A stretch of 40,000 nucleotides of DNA, from contig NZ_JACJQG010000002.1 of NCBI RefSeq assembly GCF_014696435.1, positions 34,935 through 74,934 of the forward strand. The letters run 5' to 3'. A program made the translations under genes and the position numbers. This document shows positions 34,201 to 40,000 of the stretch, in pieces. Position 1 is the first letter of the stretch. Each line of letters opens with the position of its first letter. Origin of the DNA: Calothrix anomala FACHB-343. Its GTDB lineage: Bacteria; Cyanobacteriota; Cyanobacteriia; Cyanobacteriales; Nostocaceae. A model generated the notes under the pieces. That model made no database searches. It saw only the letters and a program-made list of their open reading frames with translations, and was not told where the DNA came from.

Positions 34201-37200
34201 CTTTAGGAATAGAAAAAGTCGGAATTGACGATAATTTCTTTGATATTGGTGGCGATTCTATTTTAGCTTTACAAGTCATCGCCAAAGCCAAAAAAGCCGG
34301 TTTTGCAATTTCCGCGCGAGAACTTTATGAATCGGCGACGGTGCGTCAATTAGCTACGAAAAAAGCAGCAGTTGCTGTATCTAATACTAATATTAGTGAC
34401 AATCAGACAGTTAACTTACTATCAGCAGCAGATAGACAAAGCTTACCAAAAGATGCAGCCGATGCTTATCCCCTTTCGAGTTTACAGGCGGGAATGCTTT
34501 ATCACACAGAAATGCATCCCGAATCGGCAATTTTCCATCAAATTTTTACCTTTGATTTACATCTGAGCTATTCTGAAGTAGCCTGGAAAAAAGCGATCGC
34601 GGATATTTGTGATGCTCATCCAGTATTGCGGACTTCCTTCCATTGGACAGGATACAGCACTCCCATCCAAATTGTTCACACCCAAGTAGAATTACCTTTA
34701 ACGATTGTCGATTTGCGGAATTTGGGAGCAAACGCCCAGCAAAAAGTGGCAGAATGGATTGAATCAGAAAAAAATCGCGCCTTTGATATCACCAAACCCC
34801 CCTTATTCCGGTTCCAAATTCACCGACTCGCTGATACTGAACTCAGCTTTAGCTTTAGTTTTCACCATGTCATTCTCGATGGTTGGAGTGTAGCGACGTT
34901 GTTAACGCAACTGTTACAGCGTTATGTGCAGTATTTAGCATCAGAAACCCTTCCAGCTTTGACAATACCGGAGATTAATTACAAAGATTTTATCGCCCAA
35001 GAACAACAAGCGATCGCATCTGGACAAATGCGAGAATTTTGGCAACAATATCTGAGTAATTTAGAAGTTACCACCCTCCCCCGTCTGAATATCCAGAAAT
35101 CCCAGACAACCTCCCTACAACGTCAACTAAAGCGCTTATCTATTAATATTGATGCACAATTAAGCGATAAAATTCGCCAATTAGCCAAAAAAGCTGGCGT
35201 TCCCCTCAAAACTGCACTTTTAGCTGTGCATTTGCGCGTTATCTCCTTTATAACTGGACAAAAAGAAGTTGTTACTGGTAACGTCAGCAATGGAAGATTA
35301 GAAACCCTCGACAGCCAAAACTTGTTAGGTTTGTTCGTCAATACCATTCCCTTCCGCATGGATTTAACATCGGGAACCTGGTTGGAATTAATTCAATCAG
35401 TCTTCCGTGCGGAAAGTGACATACTTCCTCATCGCAACTTTCCCCTCGCCGAAATGCAACGCTTGATTGATCAGCGTCCCTTGTTTGAAGTCGGATTTAA
35501 CTATGTGCATTTCCACGTATACGAAGGGTTGCTGAATTTACCGCAAATATCAGTCCAGAACATTGATATTTTTGAAGAAACAGACTTTCCCTTCTTGGTA
35601 GAATTTTGTTTAGTTCCCGGAAGCAGCGCTTTGCAATTGAATTTAATCTATGATGTAGAGCAGTTTACGGCTGCACAGGTTGAGCAATATAGCCAATATT
35701 ATCAAGCCGCTTTGACAGATATTGCCACCAATACCCACACACATTACCACAGGCGATCGCTCCTTTCACCCACAGAACGGCAGAACTTACTCCAAGCTGC
35801 TAACAGCAATCCTGCTAACTTCCCCTCTGGTGATACCCTCATCTCTGCCTTTAGCAAAGTAGTAGCAGAATATACCGATAAAATCGCCCTGGTTTGGCAA
35901 GAAACCACCCTTACCTTTGGCGAATTAGAAACCCGCGCCAATCGTCTCGCCCATTACCTCCAAAGTCAAGGTGTAGGAACGGAAAGCTTGGTAGGGCTGT
36001 GTTTGGAGCGTTCCGAACAATTAATCGTTGCCATTTTAGCCATCCTCAAAGCTGGCGGTGCTTACGTTCCCATTGATCCCAGTTATCCAAGCGATCGCAT
36101 AGAATTTCTCTTACAAGATAGCGGCGTTGTTTTACTCTTAACCGAGCAATCAGTAATATCCCAGATTCCCCAATCTGATACCAAAATCATCATTCTGGAA
36201 AATATCGCCACTCAGTTAGAAAATTACAGCGCCGATGCTTTAGCAGTGCAGATATTACCAGAACATCCAGCTTATGTAATTTATACAAGTGGTTCCACAG
36301 GCAAACCCAAAGGCTGTATTGTCACCCACGCCAATGTGATGCGCCTACTCAAAGCCACCGAATCTTGGTTTGCATTTAACAGCGAAGATGTTTGGACTTT
36401 ATTCCACTCCTACGCCTTTGACTTTTCTGTGTGGGAACTCTGGGGAGCTTTATTATATGGTGGTCGAGTAGTTGTAGTCCCCTACTGGACAAGTCGCTCG
36501 CCAAAAGACTTTTTACAACTACTGCAAAATCAGCAAGTCACAGTATTAAATCAAACCCCCTCAGCCTTTCGACAATTAATCCAAGCAGCGAGTCAAGAGC
36601 AATCAAAGCTACCTTTACGCTACGTAATCTTTGGAGGAGAAGCCTTAGAACTATCAAGCCTACAACCTTGGTTTGAGTTATATGGCGACGCACAACCAAA
36701 ATTGATTAATATGTACGGTATCACCGAAACCACCGTTCATGTAACCTATAGACCGATTACCCAGACAGATATCAGCGCCAATCGCGGAAGCGTTATCGGT
36801 CAACCCATCCCCGATTTACATCTATATATATTAGATGAGAATCTAGAACCAACCCCCGTGGGAACTCCTGGGGAAATCTATATTGGTGGTGCGGGAGTGA
36901 CGCGGGGTTATCTCCATCAACCTCGTCTGAGTGCAGAAAGATTTATTCCTGACCCCTTTGCTAAAACTTTAGGTAGCCGTCTATACCGCAGTGGTGACAT
37001 AGGGCGGCGGTTACCAGACGGTGAACTAGAATATCTCGGACGCGCCGACCGACAAGTGAAAATACGCGGTTTCCGCATAGAAACTGGGGAAATCAGCGCT
37101 GTTATCAACACTCATCCCCAAGTCAAAGAAGGCTTTGTACTTTTACGTAAATTTCCTAATGGAGATAAAAAATTAGTTGCTTATTTTACTTCTAATACAG

Positions 37201-37685
37201 AGTCAGATTTGACAATGGTATTACCAGAGTATTTAAAAAGCAAACTTCCAGATTATATGATTCCCTCGGCCTTTGTGCCACTAGCAACCATTCCCTTAAC
37301 GGTAAACGGTAAACTAGACCAAAAAGCCTTACCATTACCCAATGGGAATGCAAGCAGTAAACCTTACATTGCACCCAGAACCGAGCAAGAAGCCACTATT
37401 TGTGGATTAATGGCGAGTTTATTAAACTTAGAACGGGTAGGAGTCAACGATGACTTCTTTGAAATTGGCGGAGATTCCCTGTTAGTCACACAACTAGCCA
37501 TCCGTCTGCGTCAAACCTATGACAGCGAATTTCCCCTACCGCAACTATTCACCCATCGTACCCCAGAAGCGATCGCGCTTTTACTAGGCAGTTCGCCAAA
37601 GGTGCAAACCACCAGCGAAATCCGCAAAGCAACTCGTCAACGCCGTTCTGTAAACTTAAGTGATGACGGCATTTTAGTTAATTAA
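31257..37685 (+). CDS. NRPS: starter-like C - A(Thr) - PCP - C - A(Thr) - PCP; no TE or other release domain
   Basis: 2142-aa ORF with a GTG start at 31257. C1: LPLSINQREIY..NIGG ... YHHAITDGWG ... GLFVSTIPFR ... IDFDY, colinear with lipoinitiation (starter) C domains as I recall SrfA-A. A domains: PAYIIYTSGSTGTPKG and PAYVIYTSGSTGKPKG, both with FHS(F/Y)AFDFSVWELWGALLYGG. PCPs: two copies of GGDS(I/L)L. C2: YPLSSLQAGMLYH ... FHHVILDGWS. Confidence 0.92.
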   Translation: MNSILPLSINQREIYIDQMMWLEGSHLNIGGTVTVQGAFDIEIFNDAINQVIRTHPSLRTRIYELEGKLFQTISPHKDAAVELIDFSSYDNSEKLADEYINQEFTQPFSFGENASLVNFQVLRTSNQRHIFYAKYHHAITDGWGIAIFFRELIRIYNQIIQDGTDNQTEKDLYLIEYLEEEAEYLESRNYPRDRDYWKQRLAGISPQVFPQIKAAGLTGDRQAIYIPREQYNRVNTLCQEIQSNAFHFILGLIAVCLTNRYNKPDLTVGLSLLNRNKKSFKDAIGLFVSTIPFRVPINSHETVHKLLDNIRSLLRQDYRHQRFPLGEMKRLAGLQLNSKEHLFEVYLSYERHDYNECFANSETSCVPLYSGQQKVPLIIYVREYAEHSDIKIDFDYNLSYLDAETVRQIVTDFQNLFTTAIERLEKPISSLVAKSQENNNYNIIQPEISLDISSDETLVSAFATTAATYPENTAVKFNKNTLTYAELNSKANRLANYLISQGVKPGTRVGICLERSENIVIAILGILKIGAAYVPIDPQSPATRLQLILEDSGICALIAEPGILSALTNKEILGFTLPSLEDELINQPDTAPEVVIKPEFPAYIIYTSGSTGTPKGCIVTHRNAIRLMRSTEPWFGFNDKDIWTLFHSFAFDFSVWELWGALLYGGKVIIVPFWLSRTPESFREFLTTERVTVLNQTPSAFYQLIRADEASVGKLALRYVIFGGEALDFPTLRPWLEKYGDKNPRLINMYGITETTVHVTYRPISLQDLTGNASVIGREIPDLQIYLLDDKLQPVTDGLPGEIYVAGAGVTSGYLNRPALTAERFLANPFGSGKIYRSGDLGRRLANGDLEYLGRIDQQVKIRGFRIELGEIQAALTSHSQVREAVIVTDEWEAENRLVAYYVPGETNPTANELRQHLKTKLPDYMIPAAYVSLDAFPLNVNGKIDNKALPAPDWNLLRVEENYIAARNADEETLCAIVASTLGIEKVGIDDNFFDIGGDSILALQVIAKAKKAGFAISARELYESATVRQLATKKAAVAVSNTNISDNQTVNLLSAADRQSLPKDAADAYPLSSLQAGMLYHTEMHPESAIFHQIFTFDLHLSYSEVAWKKAIADICDAHPVLRTSFHWTGYSTPIQIVHTQVELPLTIVDLRNLGANAQQKVAEWIESEKNRAFDITKPPLFRFQIHRLADTELSFSFSFHHVILDGWSVATLLTQLLQRYVQYLASETLPALTIPEINYKDFIAQEQQAIASGQMREFWQQYLSNLEVTTLPRLNIQKSQTTSLQRQLKRLSINIDAQLSDKIRQLAKKAGVPLKTALLAVHLRVISFITGQKEVVTGNVSNGRLETLDSQNLLGLFVNTIPFRMDLTSGTWLELIQSVFRAESDILPHRNFPLAEMQRLIDQRPLFEVGFNYVHFHVYEGLLNLPQISVQNIDIFEETDFPFLVEFCLVPGSSALQLNLIYDVEQFTAAQVEQYSQYYQAALTDIATNTHTHYHRRSLLSPTERQNLLQAANSNPANFPSGDTLISAFSKVVAEYTDKIALVWQETTLTFGELETRANRLAHYLQSQGVGTESLVGLCLERSEQLIVAILAILKAGGAYVPIDPSYPSDRIEFLLQDSGVVLLLTEQSVISQIPQSDTKIIILENIATQLENYSADALAVQILPEHPAYVIYTSGSTGKPKGCIVTHANVMRLLKATESWFAFNSEDVWTLFHSYAFDFSVWELWGALLYGGRVVVVPYWTSRSPKDFLQLLQNQQVTVLNQTPSAFRQLIQAASQEQSKLPLRYVIFGGEALELSSLQPWFELYGDAQPKLINMYGITETTVHVTYRPITQTDISANRGSVIGQPIPDLHLYILDENLEPTPVGTPGEIYIGGAGVTRGYLHQPRLSAERFIPDPFAKTLGSRLYRSGDIGRRLPDGELEYLGRADRQVKIRGFRIETGEISAVINTHPQVKEGFVLLRKFPNGDKKLVAYFTSNTESDLTMVLPEYLKSKLPDYMIPSAFVPLATIPLTVNGKLDQKALPLPNGNASSKPYIAPRTEQEATICGLMASLLNLERVGVNDDFFEIGGDSLLVTQLAIRLRQTYDSEFPLPQLFTHRTPEAIALLLGSSPKVQTTSEIRKATRQRRSVNLSDDGILVN
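32626..34110 (+). other. A domain, code DFWNIGMVHK (Thr)
   Basis: AFDFSVWE gives D/F/W. VLNQTPS gives N278. VIFGGE gives I299/G301. NMYGITETTVH gives M322/V330/H331. NGKID gives K. This is identical to the Thr code as I recall it. Confidence 0.7.
35834..37335 (+). other. A domain, code DFWNIGMVHK (Thr)
   Basis: The residues read the same as in the first A domain of this protein: AFDFSVWE, VLNQTPS, VIFGGE, NMYGITETTVH, NGKLD. Confidence 0.7.
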
Positions 37686-37724
37686 AATTACCGTTTGTAA
37701 ACCTATAAAGGAGACTAAAAAATC

Positions 37725-37946
37725 ATGGCTAACAACGAACAAAACGACGAAACTATATATCTTGTAGTCGTCAATCATGAAGAACAATATTCAATTTGGC
37801 CGCAATGGAAACAAGAATTACCATTAGGATGGAAAGCTGTAGGCAAAGAAGGTAATAAAACCGAATGTTTAGCCTATATCGAAGAAGTATGGACTGATAT
37901 GCGTCCTTTAAGCCTCCGCCAAGCAATGCAAGAATCATCCAAATAA
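37725..37946 (+). CDS. MbtH-like protein (A-domain chaperone)
   Basis: 73 aa. Signature [12 protein letters not shown] ... PLGW ... [18 protein letters not shown], with the three conserved Trp residues. An AAGGAG RBS lies at 37708-37713. It sits immediately downstream of the Thr-Thr NRPS. Confidence 0.92.
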   Translation: MANNEQNDETIYLVVVNHEEQYSIWPQWKQELPLGWKAVGKEGNKTECLAYIEEVWTDMRPLSLRQAMQESSK

Positions 37947-37960
37947 ACAACTGCTAACCA

Positions 37961-38020
37961 GGGAATAGGGAATAGGAAATACCCCAATTCCCCATCCCCA
38001 ATTCCCCATCCCCCATCCCC
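37961..38020. repeat. STRR-like heptamer arrays of opposed polarity (GGGAATA x2, GGAAATA, then CCCCAAT/TCCCCAT x5)
   Basis: Read directly. GGGAATA GGGAATA GGAAATA occupies 37961-37981. CCCCAAT TCCCCAT CCCCAAT TCCCCAT CCCCCAT CCCC occupies 37982-38020. The 14-mer CCCCAATTCCCCAT occurs twice in tandem. The array ends 5 nt before the GT32 ATG. CCCCA(A/G)T is the STRR1-type unit known from heterocystous cyanobacteria. Confidence 0.8.
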
Positions 38021-38025
38021 AAACT

Positions 38026-38763
38026 ATGAGCAAAATTCCCAAAATCATCCATCAGATTTTTTTTCTAGGAGAAGCCGCAATCCCCAAAAATTACCGTCGT
38101 TATCAGCAAACAGTTTTGCAAAATCATCCCCATTGGGAATATCAATTTTGGGATGAAGCCAAAGCCAGAAAATTTATGGAATCAAATTATTCCTGGTTTC
38201 TCCCTATATTTGATTCTTATCCCCATGATATTCAACGTCGTGATGCTATCCGTTATTTTATCCTTGATCGCTATGGCGGATTTTATCTTGATATGGATGT
38301 TGAATGTCTCAAACCCCTGGATGATTTATTAGTAGATTTTGAATTAGTATTATCAAAATTGGTGGGGTTTAGTAATGCGATTATGGGTAGTATTCCCAAC
38401 CATCCTCTATGGCTGACAGTATTTGCAGAATTAGAAAAACGTCAACATAATTCAGATAATAAAACCATGCCCTTGTATGTCGGCTACAGCACCGGGCCAA
38501 TTATGTTAAATGATTGCGTAGTCGCTGGTAAATTTGATCAAAATTCTACTGTACTTGTGTGTCCAGGATACATTTTTGAACCAGGCGCACCAATGGAACT
38601 TAACGGTAAAATATTCAAAAGTCAGCCTACCTCAGAGACTCATACCATACACCACATGACTACTTCTTGGTTACCAAAAAAAGACCAGATAATTAGAGTT
38701 TTATTCGGTGTAATTGTCGAACCCTACTGGTTCTTTCGCTCTTTGCTAAAAGGTGCGGTTTAA
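38026..38763 (+). CDS. GT32-type glycosyltransferase (DXD sugar-binding region family, Och1-like)
   Basis: 245 aa. IPKIIHQIF at the N-terminus, then W..W, RRDAIRYFILDRYGGFYLDMDVECLKPLD (DMD is the DXD motif). This pattern is typical of the Gly_transf_sug/GT32 fold. Confidence 0.75.
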   Translation: MSKIPKIIHQIFFLGEAAIPKNYRRYQQTVLQNHPHWEYQFWDEAKARKFMESNYSWFLPIFDSYPHDIQRRDAIRYFILDRYGGFYLDMDVECLKPLDDLLVDFELVLSKLVGFSNAIMGSIPNHPLWLTVFAELEKRQHNSDNKTMPLYVGYSTGPIMLNDCVVAGKFDQNSTVLVCPGYIFEPGAPMELNGKIFKSQPTSETHTIHHMTTSWLPKKDQIIRVLFGVIVEPYWFFRSLLKGAV

Positions 38764-38833
38764 TTACATAGGAATTCGCTTTGATTCGGTGAAATTATTT
38801 GCTTAGGGAGAGAACTCTTAATAGGGAAGTCTT

Positions 38834-38868
38834 AACAGGGAATTTTTAATTATGGGGATTTCCCTGTT
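38834..38868. repeat. 9-bp perfect inverted repeat (AACAGGGAA / TTCCCTGTT) with a 17-nt loop, between convergent genes
   Basis: Arms at 38834-38842 and 38860-38868. No T-run follows on either strand, so this is not a canonical intrinsic terminator. Confidence 0.5.
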
Positions 38869-38890
38869 GCCTGTTGCCCGTTACCTGTTC
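38863..38890. repeat. Heptamer tandem array CCTGTTG CCTGTTG CCCGTTA CCTGTTC (complement CAACAGG, STRR3-like)
   Basis: Read directly, in the gap between two convergent genes. Confidence 0.75.
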
Positions 38891-38894
38891 CCTC

Positions 38895-39695
38895 TTAAAT
38901 AAAACTTTGAGCCAAACTTTTAATATCATCTGTATAATCTAAACCATTAATTAACATGCCACTAGCACCACTTCTACCTACAAGCTGATAATCATTTAAA
39001 AATGAGCTAAAATTAGTTGGCAATAAATCATAGTAATATGCACATTCAAGAGTATAAAGCTTTTTGTCATTCACCTTTTTATATGAATTTATCAGGTGTT
39101 TTTTGAAAAAACCCACATTTGATTTATAAAAGACCGTAGAAACATTAGCAAATGGGTTATAGGGGCCTCTCCAACCTCTGGCTTTGATAAAAAGTAAATA
39201 TCCGATAAAGTACTGTATACTGAAAATGAAACCTTTAAAAAGATTTACATTCTCAATTTTTATAGCCGAAAGTGGTTTCTGGAAAACATTAGGAATGCCA
39301 GCGTGAGCCTGTCTTACCATATTAAAGTTTTGCACAAAAATTCTTCCAGTTATTTTATAAAAATCAACATCATTGTTGAGATTTTTACTATGATTGATAG
39401 CATATTCTATTATTTTTCCTTCCCCGTATCCCTTGCCATATTGATGTGCTTCCTGATTGCCATCGAAGACTAACACCTCCAAAACTTTACCTTCATTTTT
39501 AGCAAACTCGGTTATTAGTCCAAAGTCATAAGAAGTATTACTATTTTCACAAAAAATAATTGTCTTGATATTTGTTAATTTTATCCAGGCAATTAAACTG
39601 CATAAATATTCAAAAAGCCTTTCCTGTTGACTCTTTATTTCTACAAAACGAGTAGTTCCAGCATCAATGGTTGCAGTCATAAGTAAAACTTCCAT
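38895..39695 (-). CDS. Hypothetical protein (no family recognised); AT-rich, possibly polysaccharide/glycosylation-associated by context only
   Basis: 266-aa ORF; an alternative start at Met6 (MTATIDAG) is possible. I recognise no motifs. It is visibly more AT-rich than the synthetase genes and contains no HIP1 site. Confidence 0.5.
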   Translation of the reverse strand: MEVLLMTATIDAGTTRFVEIKSQQERLFEYLCSLIAWIKLTNIKTIIFCENSNTSYDFGLITEFAKNEGKVLEVLVFDGNQEAHQYGKGYGEGKIIEYAINHSKNLNNDVDFYKITGRIFVQNFNMVRQAHAGIPNVFQKPLSAIKIENVNLFKGFIFSIQYFIGYLLFIKARGWRGPYNPFANVSTVFYKSNVGFFKKHLINSYKKVNDKKLYTLECAYYYDLLPTNFSSFLNDYQLVGRSGASGMLINGLDYTDDIKSLAQSFI

Positions 39696-39756
39696 ATCTC
39701 AGATCAAATTAATCCTTTAAAATGTTTTAAAGCACCCTCTAACACAGATATTCTAA

Positions 39757-40000
39757 TTACTGTGAAGAGTTCTTTTCATACGCATATCGCCAAATCTCAT
39801 CCACTGCGCGTTTAACTCCACCCGCAGCACGACAAGCATCACCCAAACGACCACTATTGACGCAGAAAGAATTATTATCAAAAATTCGCTGTGCTGTCTG
39901 TTGTAAATTTTCCACAGTTACATCTTCTAACATCATCATAATTCCTGCACCCTGCTCTTCAATCCGCCGGGAAATTATTTCTTGCTCGTAAGTTTGTGGA
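39757..40000 (-). CDS. GT1 (MGT/UDP-glycosyltransferase-like) glycosyltransferase, C-terminal part only; the 5' end lies beyond the window
   Basis: The minus-strand frame is open to the window edge. It reads PQTYEQEIISRRIEEQGAGIMMMLEDVTVENLQQTAQRIFDNNSF...RAAGGVKRAVDEIWRYA. This matches the usual GT1 C-terminal pattern: (D)Q..nA.R.e..GaG....., t.e.L...v, then aGG...A.d.I. Confidence 0.6.
   Translation of the reverse strand, partial: PQTYEQEIISRRIEEQGAGIMMMLEDVTVENLQQTAQRIFDNNSFCVNSGRLGDACRAAGGVKRAVDEIWRYAYEKNSSQ

Noticed and set aside
187-37374. About 40 short ORFs (60-111 aa) in the six-frame track lie inside or antisense to the megasynthase genes, for example 187-381(-), 9673-9897(-), 18370-18705(+) and 36431-36676(+).
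   Set aside because: All are fully nested in long ORFs with unambiguous PKS/NRPS motifs. Their translations are low-complexity or Cys/Ser/Arg-rich with no recognisable motifs, as expected for off-frame noise.
19480-37682. The C-terminal tails of the hybrid synthase (VPKITKVSRKRYQAKVFDTGKIEVSEELKQ) and the Thr-Thr NRPS (SPKVQTTSEIRKATRQRRSVNLSDDGILVN) look alike. They could be shared COM or beta-hairpin docking motifs aimed at the same acceptor.
   Set aside because: The resemblance is limited to basic residues plus a D.G. The start of each tail matches ordinary PCP-to-C linker sequence seen internally (AVPRTSDTELPLS, AIPREDNTVLPLS). That is too weak to call.
37961-38890. The tandem short repeats could be a CRISPR array.
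   Set aside because: The units are 7 nt and directly abutting, with no spacers. They are STRR-type heptamers, not CRISPR repeats.

Overview
Nearly the whole window is one cyanobacterial hybrid type I PKS/NRPS biosynthetic gene cluster. The host looks Nostocales-like: I counted 29 HIP1 octamers (GCGATCGC) by eye, and there are STRR-like heptamer arrays. Gene order on the + strand: (1) PKS KS-AT-DH(N-half); (2) LLM-DH(C-half)-KR-ACP; (3) a 4242-aa hybrid KS-AT-ACP-LLM-KR-C-A-PCP-C-A-PCP; (4) an Asp/Glu-family racemase; (5) NRPS C-A-PCP-C-A(LLM inserted)-PCP-TE. Next come an MFS transporter on the - strand and a decayed IS5-family transposase remnant. After that is a second NRPS (starter-like C-A-PCP-C-A-PCP, both A domains with a Thr code), an MbtH-like gene, a GT32-type glycosyltransferase, a low-GC hypothetical gene (-) and the 3' end of a GT1 glycosyltransferase (-). 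The most unusual feature is three paralogous luciferase-like monooxygenase (LLM) domains in three different contexts. One splits a DH domain at a gene boundary, one sits between ACP and KR, and one lies inside a Gly-type A domain of the terminating module (MtaG-like, which predicts a C-terminal carboxamide). Hand-derived A-domain codes suggest polyketide-Asp-(DARH-type acidic residue)-Tyr-[Gly to NH2] for the main line and Thr-Thr for the second NRPS. All domain calls rest on motifs read by eye. Boundaries are approximate (about +/-30-60 nt), and no HMM or BLAST search could be run. No rRNA, tRNA or CRISPR array was seen.
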